64,000 nucleotides of DNA from a virus. Numbering within the stretch: the stretch's first letter is position 1; the number at the start of each line of letters is the position of its first letter. The translations under genes were made by a program, and so were the position numbers. Positions 29,539-39,860 of the stretch are shown one piece after another. Below the pieces are notes generated by a model. That model was not told where the DNA came from. It saw only the letters and a list, made by a program, of their open reading frames with translations, and ran no database searches. The stretch is taken from IMG/VR virus record IMGVR_UViG_3300009105_000002, positions 1 through 64,000 of that record. The stretch is one strand, 5' to 3'.

Positions 29539-31802
29539 TGCCTTTATTCGGCGCAGGTAACTTAGGATCTCTAGTTGTCAAGATAGAAACGGATCTGACT
29601 AATCTTAACAGAGGGCTAGAGACGGCCAACACAAAGATACAAAAATCCAGCGGAGCTATACTCAAAATGGCCAGTCAAGTCGGCCGGCAGATGACGATTG
29701 CCGGGGTGGCTGTCACAGCGGCCATGGGAGGCATGGTAAAGGCCTCTATTGACTTCGAGAGTGCCTTTGCAGGGGTTAGGAAGACCGTTGATGCCACAGA
29801 GGCTGAATTTAAGCAATTAGAAGGCAATTTTAGGGGTCTATCCACAGAAATACCCATCACAGCCACAGAATTGGCTCGTATAGGCGAAAAAGCAGGCCAG
29901 CTGGGCATCCGGGGCGTTGAAAACCTTACTAAATTCACAGAGACGATTGCATTAATCGGAGTTACTACGGATCTAACCACTGAGGATGCAGCTATTCAGT
30001 TCGCCAGGATTACCAATGTCATGCAGGAGCCAATTGCAAATATTGACCGTATGGGCGCGTCTATAGTAGATCTGGGTAATAACTTCGCAGCCAATGAAGT
30101 TGAAATTACCAATTTTGCTACGCGTGTAGCAGGTGCCGGCAAGCTTATGCATATGACAACAGCTAATGTGTTAGGTATAGGTACGGCATTTACAGCTGTG
30201 GGTGTTAAGGCGGAAATGGGTGGCACTGCAGTTCAAAAGGTTATATTGAAAATGATCGCGGCAGTGGCATCGGGCAATAAGGATCTAGAGGTATTTGCAG
30301 AAGTAGCAGGTATGACGGTTGAAGAATTCGTGAAGATGAAGGAAAAGGACCCTTCTGAAGTGTTTGTGCGGTTTGTGGAAGGCATAGGAGAGCTTGGAGA
30401 TGATGCTATACCTATATTAGAGAGCCTGGGGTTATCAAATGAGAGGGTCCGTAGTTCATTTTTAAGAATGGCGAGCGCAAGCGATACCTTAAGAAGCGCA
30501 ATTGATAGATCTGATATAGCATGGGATGAAAATACAGCTTTGCTGATCGAGGCTGAGAAGCGTTTTAAAACTACCGCATCACAACTTAAGCTTCTGGTAA
30601 ATAATATCGTTGAGGTTGCGCGTAAAGTCGGAGATACATTATTACCTGTTCTTAAGCCCATGATAGAGGATTTTAAAGAGTGGATTCAAAAAGTAGGAGA
30701 ATGGATCACAGCACATCCTCAATTTACAGCAGGGCTGGCCAAAGCAGTAACTTTATTTGGACTTTTAATGCTTACGATAGGACCAATTTTAATAGTGCTT
30801 CCGCAGTTAGTTACTTCTATTCAAATGATTACAACTGCAATTAATTTGATGAAAGTATCATTAGGCGGTGTTGCAGGTATAGCAGGGGCAGCATTTATAG
30901 GATGGAATATAGGCAGAGTGCTTGGTGAAGTCACAGGATTAGATGAGGCATTAAGCGGAGAAGAAGGCCTTTTCACTAAAATGTGGGAATGGCTTGATAA
31001 GATTGATCCTAGGCTTGAAAAAATGATTGAGACCATTACGAGAATAGCTGAGGCTACAGCTACACTTGGCTTTTCAGAGTTATTTAGAGGAGAAAAAGAA
31101 GCACCTGAGGAAGAAGAGGAAGAGGAAGATAATACAAAAGAGAAAGAAGCAAAGAAGACAGCAATATTAGAAGCAGAAAACGAAAAGAGGATGACCAAAG
31201 AAAGACTTAGAAATGCAAATAAAGCAAAAATGTTATTAATAGAAGAAGGGAGAGAAAAGAAGAGCTTAGCTTCAAAAACAAAATGGTATGATAAATATTA
31301 TAAGGATAAGGACGACTTTCAGCAGAAATCTTTTGATAATATGAAGCGAGTTTTAGCCGGGGCCGCTCAGGAAAGTAAGGCGGCAGCGGTTGCTTTGTCA
31401 GCAATAAGAATTGGCGAAGCGATTATGAATACAGCGGCAGGTGTTACATTTGCATTGGCTTCATATCCACCGCCAATAAGTTATGTGTGGGCAGCTATTA
31501 CAGCAGCTATGGGCGCAATTGAAATTGCTACAATTGCATCAGTAGGTTTCGCAGAAGGGACTGATGAAATTCCTGCAAATGTATCTCCAGGAGAGATGAT
31601 TGTGCCAAGGACATTTGCCTCAGCTATCAGGTCAGGAGATATTACAGTTGCAGGCCCTGAGGGAAGCAATTCAGGAGGCAAGATAATTCAAGAATTAAAT
31701 ATTATATTTGAAGGTGATCTTAAATTAGAAAATGATACAGACATAGAAGACCTTGCAGAACAGTTAGGCGATGAAATAGAACGCAATTTGAGGGTCGTAT
31801 GA
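29538..31802 (+). CDS. Tape measure protein (TP901 family)
   Basis: ASIDFESAFAGVRKTVD, IVDLGNNFAANE, EAEKRFKT. Confidence 0.9.
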   Translation: MPLFGAGNLGSLVVKIETDLTNLNRGLETANTKIQKSSGAILKMASQVGRQMTIAGVAVTAAMGGMVKASIDFESAFAGVRKTVDATEAEFKQLEGNFRGLSTEIPITATELARIGEKAGQLGIRGVENLTKFTETIALIGVTTDLTTEDAAIQFARITNVMQEPIANIDRMGASIVDLGNNFAANEVEITNFATRVAGAGKLMHMTTANVLGIGTAFTAVGVKAEMGGTAVQKVILKMIAAVASGNKDLEVFAEVAGMTVEEFVKMKEKDPSEVFVRFVEGIGELGDDAIPILESLGLSNERVRSSFLRMASASDTLRSAIDRSDIAWDENTALLIEAEKRFKTTASQLKLLVNNIVEVARKVGDTLLPVLKPMIEDFKEWIQKVGEWITAHPQFTAGLAKAVTLFGLLMLTIGPILIVLPQLVTSIQMITTAINLMKVSLGGVAGIAGAAFIGWNIGRVLGEVTGLDEALSGEEGLFTKMWEWLDKIDPRLEKMIETITRIAEATATLGFSELFRGEKEAPEEEEEEEDNTKEKEAKKTAILEAENEKRMTKERLRNANKAKMLLIEEGREKKSLASKTKWYDKYYKDKDDFQQKSFDNMKRVLAGAAQESKAAAVALSAIRIGEAIMNTAAGVTFALASYPPPISYVWAAITAAMGAIEIATIASVGFAEGTDEIPANVSPGEMIVPRTFASAIRSGDITVAGPEGSNSGGKIIQELNIIFEGDLKLENDTDIEDLAEQLGDEIERNLRVV

Positions 31803-32539
31803 TATATACATTAATGTTTGGGTCTTATACATTTCCAAATCAAACCTTTGAAGTAGAAAGTTTACCTCTGGTCAATAATATTAAACAAAATACTGTACCT
31901 CGCAGGCATGGTAGTATTATTCAGGATCCATATCTTAAAGCGAGAAAGATTAAAGTAAAAGGGACTATTCATAATGCCACCCGGGCTACTGCATGGACAG
32001 AATTTATGGATATGCAGGAAGCGTTATTGGCAAGCGAAGATAAATTTTATCATCGCGCAGATAGGTATGTAAATTGTTGTTGCAATAAAATAACTCCTAA
32101 ATTTGCAGAAGGGACAGATAAAGGTGTTATTAATATAAATATAGATTTTATATCACAGGATCCGTTTTTTTATATGGCAGCGGCATCTTATAGCGATGTC
32201 AATAATCCTGTAGGAGTAACATTATCTTTTAATATAAATGGATTAGGTAATGTTTTTGCTGAACCTATAATTTACATATGCGCGACAGGTGGAACGATAA
32301 CAGATGAGATTCAGCTTGAAAACCAGACAACAAAAGAACTCTTTGTATTTAATGGCGTAGTTAATAATGGCGTAACCTTAGAAATAGATACCAAGGATTT
32401 TACGGTAGAAAACAATGCAGTTGACGGGATAAGTGAATTTGGAGGAGATTTTTTAACTGTAGCAGCGGGTTCAAATTTATTTAGATTTGTAGGAGCTACA
32501 TGCAGGGTTACAGTGGAACATAAATCAAGGTGGTATTGA
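31799..32539 (+). CDS. Distal tail protein (Dit-like)
   Basis: After TMP; DPFFY, EIDT, GSNL, SRWY. Confidence 0.75.
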   Translation: MIYTLMFGSYTFPNQTFEVESLPLVNNIKQNTVPRRHGSIIQDPYLKARKIKVKGTIHNATRATAWTEFMDMQEALLASEDKFYHRADRYVNCCCNKITPKFAEGTDKGVININIDFISQDPFFYMAAASYSDVNNPVGVTLSFNINGLGNVFAEPIIYICATGGTITDEIQLENQTTKELFVFNGVVNNGVTLEIDTKDFTVENNAVDGISEFGGDFLTVAAGSNLFRFVGATCRVTVEHKSRWY

Positions 32540-33648
32540 TGAGGCACAGGATAGAAATCAGAGATACGAATTTTGATATATTGGAAGTATTAGAAAAAGA
32601 AGCAACGAAAATCCAATGGGAATATAAAAGGATAGGTGGATGTGGAAATTTTTCATTTATATTACCAAGGAAATTTGATGATGTAGGATACGTTCGGGGT
32701 GATTTTAATATTCGGATTTATAAGAGAACAGGAGCTGGGACATTTAGCCTTTGGTATCAGGGACTGATAGAAGATAGGTCGCCTGCATTGGGAGATAATG
32801 AAAAGGTGCAAGTCAGAGGATTTGGATATTCATCACAGCTTGAAAGGATACATGTTAGTAAAACTTATACATCGGATGAAATAAGCGTCATAGTAAAAGA
32901 TATCCTCGATACTTATGTTACGCCAAATACAAATATTGCGTATGATGCAGGAGATATAGAAGCTACTTCATTTACAGCAGATAGTTTAGAATTTAAAAAT
33001 GTCTCAGCAGCTAGTGCATTTAAGACGTTAGCCGATCTTGTAGGAACAAGAGAATGGGGAGTCGGAAAAGATAGAAAATTTTTCTTTAAGGCAAGATCTA
33101 CAGCAGTTAATTATAGATTCTGGTTGGGGAAAAATATCACAAAAGTAAATCAACTTGATACATTTAGACAAATAATCAATAGGATGCTTATAGAAGGCGG
33201 TGATGTTGCAGGCACAAAATATACGAGAACTATTAACAGGGCAGCTAGTCAGGTTAAATATGGACTCAGGGAAAAGGTTATCCAAAATGCAGCCATAGTG
33301 ACAAATACAGTAGCAGATCAATATGGAAGCGCGGTCCTTGATGAAAATGAGAATATGTCGCGCAGGGTGACATGTGAACAGATAGATAATGAAACTTTAA
33401 TAGAGGATAGCGTTCCATTAGGAATGGCGGTTATAAAGGAAGCAGGTATAAGGTATAGTGAGAAATATTACGGAGTATTTTTGTACGCAGGAGTCATTGA
33501 ATATCAAATCAATAAGATATTGTATAAGTTAGATGACAGCGGAGGTTTATCAAAAAAATTCAGTTTAGGGAAATTGAGGCCAAGTACTACTGAGAGCTTA
33601 AAGGGAATAGAATACGAAATTGAGCAGCTTAGAGCTGCGAGGGAGTAA
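32539..33648 (+). CDS. Tail tip/baseplate hub protein (Tal-like)
   Basis: After Dit; ASQVKYGLRE motif. Confidence 0.65.
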   Translation: MRHRIEIRDTNFDILEVLEKEATKIQWEYKRIGGCGNFSFILPRKFDDVGYVRGDFNIRIYKRTGAGTFSLWYQGLIEDRSPALGDNEKVQVRGFGYSSQLERIHVSKTYTSDEISVIVKDILDTYVTPNTNIAYDAGDIEATSFTADSLEFKNVSAASAFKTLADLVGTREWGVGKDRKFFFKARSTAVNYRFWLGKNITKVNQLDTFRQIINRMLIEGGDVAGTKYTRTINRAASQVKYGLREKVIQNAAIVTNTVADQYGSAVLDENENMSRRVTCEQIDNETLIEDSVPLGMAVIKEAGIRYSEKYYGVFLYAGVIEYQINKILYKLDDSGGLSKKFSLGKLRPSTTESLKGIEYEIEQLRAARE

Positions 33649-33649
33649 A

Positions 33650-33883
33650 ATGGAAAATCCATATCAGCCTTTAAAAGTAGAAGATGTTGAGGAAAAGATA
33701 AAACTTAATGCAAAAAAAGGAATAAAAATAAGAAAGTTACGGGATTTATTATATGAAGAATTATTTAAAGCAGAGAGAACGCTTTTGAAAATTCAAGCAT
33801 CACTGCATTCGATAGAAATACAAAATCAGAATTTACGGGAACAGATTAAAATTATAGAAAGGAAGATAAATCATGGCAGCTGA
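33650..33883 (+). CDS. Small coiled-coil protein
   Basis: GAGGGAG RBS, heptad pattern. Confidence 0.5.
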   Translation: MENPYQPLKVEDVEEKIKLNAKKGIKIRKLRDLLYEELFKAERTLLKIQASLHSIEIQNQNLREQIKIIERKINHGS

Positions 33884-34595
33884 TTATCCTGGAAGTATAA
33901 AAACATTTACAACGAAGACTGACAAAGTTGACCTTGTAATGGCAGCTCATGTAAACGATATCCAAGCAGAAGTCGTAGCCATAGAAACAGAGTTAGGCGC
34001 GGATGTCGCAGGCAGCGCAACGGATTTAGTTACTAGGCTTGCCATTTCACTGGCAGATAGCGGAGCTTTGGCGCAGGGGACAAGTATGCCTGGAACTCCA
34101 GTTATAGGCCAGCCGTTTTATCGAACAGATGAGGATATTTTTTATATATATGATGGCGCAGCGTGGGATGCCATAGGTATGCCTACGGCAACCGCAGGTG
34201 ATATATTATATGCTTCTGCGGAAAATACGTGGTCAAAACTTACTAAAGGAACTTCTGGACAATTTCTTAAAATAGGAGCAACAATTCCCGCATGGGCTCA
34301 TCTAATTGCTAAAGGAACATATACAGGCGACGGAAATGCCACTAAAGCAATAACAGGCGTGGGATTTCAACCTACTGCTCTTATTGTATGGGGTAGAACT
34401 GGAGCTGCGTTTGATATGGGTATAAAAACTTCTGATGACATAGGATTAAGTTCTGCGATAGTAGGTGCTGCAATAAGTGATGACCAGATTCGATCTCTTG
34501 ACGCAGATGGATTTACAGTTGGAGATGGGACAGATGATGCTAATAGATTAAATATTAACGCTGAGTCATATAACTATATTGCTTTAAATATATAA
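33873..34595 (+). CDS. Tail fibre-like protein
   Basis: AAHVNDIQAEVVAIETELG; AGDILYA; GTYTGDG..ITGVGFQP. Confidence 0.7.
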   Translation: MAADYPGSIKTFTTKTDKVDLVMAAHVNDIQAEVVAIETELGADVAGSATDLVTRLAISLADSGALAQGTSMPGTPVIGQPFYRTDEDIFYIYDGAAWDAIGMPTATAGDILYASAENTWSKLTKGTSGQFLKIGATIPAWAHLIAKGTYTGDGNATKAITGVGFQPTALIVWGRTGAAFDMGIKTSDDIGLSSAIVGAAISDDQIRSLDADGFTVGDGTDDANRLNINAESYNYIALNI

Positions 34596-34620
34596 AATGA
34601 ACAAACAAAGGGAGGGTATC

Positions 34621-35871
34621 ATGAACAAGTTATTAGTATTGATTTTTGCAGCTTTGTTAATGGTTCCGGGCATTGCAGGAGCATCGGATAATGCCAGAGA
34701 CATCGGAAATACTGGGTATATAGATACTGCTGTTGTGATAGCTGACGTAACGACCGCTAATACGGCCGCAGTCAATACGAGCAATCAGTTAGAAGTAAAG
34801 TCCAATGTAGATGATGAAGCAGATAGTACTTACTACCAAGATGATGCAGATTGGACAGATAATACCTCAGATCATCAGTTGATAGGTGGCATATATCAAG
34901 GCACGCCTCATTCTATTACTGATGGGGATACCGGGCCGATATCTTTGACAGCAAATGGATTTGTAAAGGTTAGTGATGGTGGGACAGATTTAAACGTGGA
35001 AGTTACAGAAACTTCTTTTGACGCTACACAAGCAACGCATGACAGCTTAAATTGTAATGCTAATATTCAGCAGGGTGATGCTGATATTGCTTCTGATAAT
35101 GAATTATATGTAAGGGGTTCTGGAACAGCCGGCACTGCTGATGAAGCAGTCCTTACAATTCAGGGAATAACTTCCATGACACCGGTGATTGTAACTGGTG
35201 ACTCGGCAGGTTCTTTAACAGTAGATCAAGCGACTGCTACCAATTTAAAGGTACAGATTTTTGGTGATGATATAACCTCTGCTATAAATACTGATGCAAC
35301 AGGAGATCTACAAATCGACGTGGCCACTATTGCCGCAGGGGATAATAATATAGGAAATGTCGATATAGTGACTCTACCCTCTGGCAATTTAGGCCAACAG
35401 GCAATGGCCGCATCACTATCAATTGTACCTGCGAGTGATATTACTGATACAACATATATAGGTGATATAAAATTCGGAGAAGCATTGCCTGCAGGTTCAA
35501 GCAATATAGGCGATGTAGATGTTCTTACGCAAGGCATGGCGCTTGCAAGAAAGGAATCTACGCAGGATTTAAATGTCGGGGCATTAAGCTATACGACGAA
35601 CTTTGCAGCTAAAACGAGAGTAAAACAGATATTATTTACTGCATCGGGATCGATAACTCAAACAGTTACCTTTACATTTGATAGCACAACAGGCGCAACT
35701 TATGACACGGTGATTGCAAGTGAGGATTTAGTAAGTGAAACAAATTATACATACATTCCCTCAGGAGAACTAATATTGGCGAGCGGCGATGAGATTCTTA
35801 TTGCATGTACTAATTCAGGGACACCTGCGGTTAATGCTTATGTAACGGTCATAGGAGAAACTTTAAATTAA
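34621..35871 (+). CDS. Acidic beta-rich tail-region protein with signal peptide
   Basis: MNKLLVLIFAALLMVPGIAGA; repeats AGDNNIGNVDI / AGSSNIGDVDV. Confidence 0.65.
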   Translation: MNKLLVLIFAALLMVPGIAGASDNARDIGNTGYIDTAVVIADVTTANTAAVNTSNQLEVKSNVDDEADSTYYQDDADWTDNTSDHQLIGGIYQGTPHSITDGDTGPISLTANGFVKVSDGGTDLNVEVTETSFDATQATHDSLNCNANIQQGDADIASDNELYVRGSGTAGTADEAVLTIQGITSMTPVIVTGDSAGSLTVDQATATNLKVQIFGDDITSAINTDATGDLQIDVATIAAGDNNIGNVDIVTLPSGNLGQQAMAASLSIVPASDITDTTYIGDIKFGEALPAGSSNIGDVDVLTQGMALARKESTQDLNVGALSYTTNFAAKTRVKQILFTASGSITQTVTFTFDSTTGATYDTVIASEDLVSETNYTYIPSGELILASGDEILIACTNSGTPAVNAYVTVIGETLN

Positions 35872-35905
35872 CGAAAAAAGAAAACAGATTAAAAGGAGGA
35901 CAGAC

Positions 35906-37609
35906 ATGAAAAGTAAAATTTTGATATTGCTCTTGGCATTGGCATTTGTTGCATCTAGTTCATTTGCTGATGAGAAAAGAGTTGACGGGAAAAAGGTAGA
36001 GACCTTCAAGCGTATCACAGTAGATACTATTAGAGGGGACTCTACAAATGGTTTATATATTGATTCGGATAGGGATGGGGTGACCGAGGCAACAGTTACG
36101 GCTTCAGGAGACATAACTGCAACAAGTTCTTTTATTATTGGCTCGGCTGATATAAATGAAACTGATTTAGAAAAACTTGATGGTATAACTAATGGAACAG
36201 CAGTAGCCAATAAAGCCTTGGTGACCGATGTAAATATTGACATAGATTTAGGTACTGGTGATATGGATGTTACTAATTTAGTCGCAGATGGGACATCAAA
36301 TCTTATTGGTGCAGTTACCATAGGAACTGCTACATCAGCCGCAGGCAATCTTTCAATGTATGACGCAGGGACTCTTACTCTTTATGAGGATGGTGATAAT
36401 TTTAATGTTACCTTGCAATGTAATTCAGGGGAGGCAGTAGGAACACTTACTGGAGGCTTAGATGTTTCAGGTGTAATAACTTCAACGTCTCCCGTATTTA
36501 CCACGCCTAATTTGGGAACGCCATCGGCCTTAGTAGGAACAAATATATCAGGAACAGCGGCAAATCTGACAGCAGGCTCAGTAACAAATGCCACCTTAAC
36601 GACTGCTCTTACTGTAGATACAGGCACGGTTACATTAACTGGTAACGTAGCAAATAGTTCTGTTTTAACTATTGGTGCCGGGGCAGTATCAGTATCAGGA
36701 AGTAATACCGGTGACAATTCAGGAACAGATGATCAGACTTTAGCTGAAGTATTAGCGAGTGGCGCTGACGGGAACGATGTAGATATAACTTCACTCGGTA
36801 AATTAGAGTTCTTTGACGCAGGATTATATTTAGACGCTGACGCTGACGGGGTAATGAATATAACCTCGGATAATACACTTGAATTACATTCTGCTGACTG
36901 GGATATATCTACAACTGGTGCGATTACTAATGCCGCAATAGATGCAGACAATAATACTGTTACCAATATAGTTATAGGTGCGGAATGCACAGGAGCTTCT
37001 ACTTCATTAACTGACACAGCAGATATTTTTTATGACGCTGAATTGACAGCGGCAGCAGTAGAGGCAGCACTTACAAATGACGCGATAGATTTTGGAACAG
37101 GCGTTGTAACAGCTGCTGGATTTACTCTTGCTGCCAATGAAAATATTACTCTTGGTGCTCAGACATTAGACCATGACGGAACTGATTTTGTATTCAATGA
37201 CAGCGTAAATGCTGGGGCAAATGCTATCAAATCAACCGTCAATATGCCTGGAGTGCCTCATCATTTAATCTTCAACGTGGCTAATCCCAATGTCAGGGCT
37301 ACAGCGGATACCCAAATATGTATCTGGCCATTAACGCCTGCGGCATTTAATATAGATAAAATAGAAGTAACGCTTGACGCTGCCGGAAATGAAGTAGCGG
37401 GGGATTTAAAGTATGCGGACACTTTTATAGGCTTGGCAAATCCAGTATTAATAGAAACTTTTGACACTACAAACGGTGTCCGTAGTGATAGCTCTATGTC
37501 TGGGACTGCTGATGTTCCTGCATCAAAGTGTCTATACATACAATTTGACTCTGTTCCTAATGCGGCTATTTTGCAAATGTCGGTAGACATAACTTTTAAT
37601 TACGATTAA
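35906..37609 (+). CDS. Fibre-like T/A/G-rich protein with signal peptide
   Basis: MKSKILILLLALAFVASSSFA; LDGITNGTAVANKALV; SPVFTTPNLGTPSALVGTN. Confidence 0.65.
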   Translation: MKSKILILLLALAFVASSSFADEKRVDGKKVETFKRITVDTIRGDSTNGLYIDSDRDGVTEATVTASGDITATSSFIIGSADINETDLEKLDGITNGTAVANKALVTDVNIDIDLGTGDMDVTNLVADGTSNLIGAVTIGTATSAAGNLSMYDAGTLTLYEDGDNFNVTLQCNSGEAVGTLTGGLDVSGVITSTSPVFTTPNLGTPSALVGTNISGTAANLTAGSVTNATLTTALTVDTGTVTLTGNVANSSVLTIGAGAVSVSGSNTGDNSGTDDQTLAEVLASGADGNDVDITSLGKLEFFDAGLYLDADADGVMNITSDNTLELHSADWDISTTGAITNAAIDADNNTVTNIVIGAECTGASTSLTDTADIFYDAELTAAAVEAALTNDAIDFGTGVVTAAGFTLAANENITLGAQTLDHDGTDFVFNDSVNAGANAIKSTVNMPGVPHHLIFNVANPNVRATADTQICIWPLTPAAFNIDKIEVTLDAAGNEVAGDLKYADTFIGLANPVLIETFDTTNGVRSDSSMSGTADVPASKCLYIQFDSVPNAAILQMSVDITFNYD

Positions 37610-37668
37610 ACAAGTTGGATTGAACGACTGAAATTTTTTAAGTTAACGACAAGACAAGGGGATCTCAA

Positions 37669-38532
37669 ATGAAAATACTTAAAATTGCATTAGGACTTTT
37701 GTTATTGTTTTCGACATCGGTCTATGCTTTTACCCCGCCTACAGAAGAATACACTTCTGACGAGTATACTAGACTGCTGCTTCATATGAATAATGACGCG
37801 TGGGCTGATGACGGGGAAACTGGGCATACCCCAACAGCGGAAGGTGACCCCGCATTTGACGCCGTCAATAAGAAGTTTGGTTCTCATTCAGGAGAGTTTG
37901 ACGGGAATGACTACATAACTTATCCAGATCACGCTGATTGGTATTATGCAACAGGTCTTCTCACCATAGATTATTGGATAAGATTCGCAACCGACCCTAC
38001 AGCATTATCTACGACATTGATGTATGAGCAGTATGAAGATGGTTCTAATTATGCTCAAATAGCAATTGATGGTAGTGGAAAATTATACCTTTATTACTTT
38101 GAGGGAGCAGCTTCTACTGCTGTGGCTTTTAATACTTCGAGCGCAGTCTTTTTAGCTGCCGACACTTGGTATCACGTCGCAGTAGTTAGATATGGGACAG
38201 GCGAAAACAATATGTATGTGTTTATAGATGGCGATTCAAAATCTTTATCTTGGGCTGCGACCTTAGCAGCAAATGAGGAACTCGGGGATATAGCAGCTCT
38301 CATAGCTATTGGCGCGGAAAACGGCGGGACAAAGGGGTTAAATGGATTGCTTGATGAATACAGGATAAGCAAGGGCATCGCAAGGGATTGGATCCCTCCT
38401 GACATAGGAAATGTGATGATGATACAATGTGTTAAAAATTACATCAATAATTTAAACCCCGATAAGATAGGCACTCCAATGTGGAGCTGTAAGATAAAGT
38501 TAATGTGTTGGTGGAAAAATTTGAAAGGATGA
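37669..38532 (+). CDS. LamG/concanavalin-like protein with signal peptide
   Basis: MKILKIALGLLLLFSTSVYA; TRLLLHM, KKFG, WYHVAVVR, LDEYRISKGIAR. Confidence 0.8.
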   Translation: MKILKIALGLLLLFSTSVYAFTPPTEEYTSDEYTRLLLHMNNDAWADDGETGHTPTAEGDPAFDAVNKKFGSHSGEFDGNDYITYPDHADWYYATGLLTIDYWIRFATDPTALSTTLMYEQYEDGSNYAQIAIDGSGKLYLYYFEGAASTAVAFNTSSAVFLAADTWYHVAVVRYGTGENNMYVFIDGDSKSLSWAATLAANEELGDIAALIAIGAENGGTKGLNGLLDEYRISKGIARDWIPPDIGNVMMIQCVKNYINNLNPDKIGTPMWSCKIKLMCWWKNLKG

Positions 38533-38534
38533 TC

Positions 38535-38831
38535 ATGCCTCCAGAACAGGTTTGTAATAAACATGACGAAACCATGACGCGTTTATTCTCAAAGATAGAA
38601 GAGAATGAAAAAGCCCAAGCAATATTTGTAGCTGAAGTAAAAGGATATATTCAGAACACAAATTCCTTTATACAAAAAGCGGACAAGGTTTTATTCGGAG
38701 ACGAAAGAGGCAATGGGATCATTACTCAGCTTAAGGTTTTATTGAAACATGTAAGTATTCAATGGACCTTAATTATTATCATATTAGGCGGTATAGTAGG
38801 AATAGGAATTAAAATGGTGTGGGGTGGATAA
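38535..38831 (+). CDS. Coiled coil plus C-terminal TM protein (lysis cassette)
   Basis: WTLIIIILGGIVGIGI at the C-terminus. Confidence 0.55.
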   Translation: MPPEQVCNKHDETMTRLFSKIEENEKAQAIFVAEVKGYIQNTNSFIQKADKVLFGDERGNGIITQLKVLLKHVSIQWTLIIIILGGIVGIGIKMVWGG

Positions 38832-39088
38832 TGATGAATGTTTGGACATTTCTTTCAATAGTAGTTCTAGCGATTGTCGCATTAGAAATAATCAAAATCA
38901 AACCTGAACCGCCTTTCGATCAACTTCTCAAACCCCGATCACTCTACGCTGGGATGATCTATTTGACATTCTGTTATCTTGCAGTTGTGGGAAAGATAGA
39001 AGCCCGTTTTGTAGTGGAAATAGTAATGTTATTAATGGCATTTTATTTCGGCTTTAAGGCCGGACAAAAAACAGGAGGTGTAAAATGA
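38831..39088 (+). CDS. Holin-like three-TM protein
   Basis: Three hydrophobic segments, AFYFG motif, basic tail. Confidence 0.6.
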   Translation: MMNVWTFLSIVVLAIVALEIIKIKPEPPFDQLLKPRSLYAGMIYLTFCYLAVVGKIEARFVVEIVMLLMAFYFGFKAGQKTGGVK

Positions 39089-39486
39089 AAGCATTATGTA
39101 TTGTGATGGTTTCAATCATGGTGTTGTGTGGTAGTGCTTTGGCAGAAGATTTATCAATTGAAGATTCATTAAAGAAATTACCTGCTCTTAAGCAAGGCAT
39201 TGCATATTCTTTAATGGAACACGATATCCATTATCTTAGCACTCTGGAATTAATCAACTGGAAAGGTATAGCTTTTGAGGCCGGATATTCTTCAAAGGAT
39301 AAGGTTGTAGGAGTTATAAGTTATGAACTTCTAAAACTTAAGGATCTCGGGGTAACAGTACCAGTATTAGATCTTATCGAATGCAGGGTAGGCACTTATG
39401 CAGGCTGGGGTAGGCTTGGCGTAACAAAGGGCAATAATGAGTATGATTATGGACTTTCGGCTACCCTTATAAATATTAAGTTTTAA
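39085..39486 (+). CDS. Exported beta-rich protein with terminal Phe
   Basis: Signal peptide ending ALA; C-terminus YDYGLSATLINIKF. Confidence 0.55.
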   Translation: MKALCIVMVSIMVLCGSALAEDLSIEDSLKKLPALKQGIAYSLMEHDIHYLSTLELINWKGIAFEAGYSSKDKVVGVISYELLKLKDLGVTVPVLDLIECRVGTYAGWGRLGVTKGNNEYDYGLSATLINIKF

Positions 39487-39537
39487 AGGGTTTTAAGGGG
39501 CGTATTTTAATGATCTATGGTCCGGAGGTGATAAGAT

Positions 39538-39750
39538 ATGGCAGGATGGGGTTCTTTTTTAGGCGGTTTAATGGAAAAACTGCCTATCCAAGGCAGGGTA
39601 GAGCGGTGGAAAAATAAACTTGAGAATCTGGAAAAGAAGAGAAAGGAGCTACTTAAAAGTGAATGGACTCCTGAAAAAGGTAAAATGCTCGATCGTATTG
39701 ATCGCGATATTGACAAGCTCAATCAGCTGCTCAAGAACAAGGCCAATTGA
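39538..39750 (+). CDS. Amphipathic/coiled-coil protein, possible i-spanin-like
   Basis: GGAGG RBS; overlaps a lipoprotein ORF. Confidence 0.5.
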   Translation: MAGWGSFLGGLMEKLPIQGRVERWKNKLENLEKKRKELLKSEWTPEKGKMLDRIDRDIDKLNQLLKNKAN

Positions 39751-39859
39751 TACGGAACCTATAAGGTCTATGTGGGGTAGCAAAGAGCAAGTAATAGAGT
39801 TTTTACAGAGCCCGCAAGCTCAGGCAGAGAGATGGCTTGTGCAGGCATTGGGGGATTAA
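39659..39859 (+). CDS. Small lipoprotein, possible o-spanin (Rz1-like)
   Basis: GTG 39659 after AAGGAG; IVLIAILTSSISC lipobox-like; overlaps previous gene out of frame. Confidence 0.5.
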   Translation: MNGLLKKVKCSIVLIAILTSSISCSRTRPIDTEPIRSMWGSKEQVIEFLQSPQAQAERWLVQALGD

Positions 39860-39860
39860 G

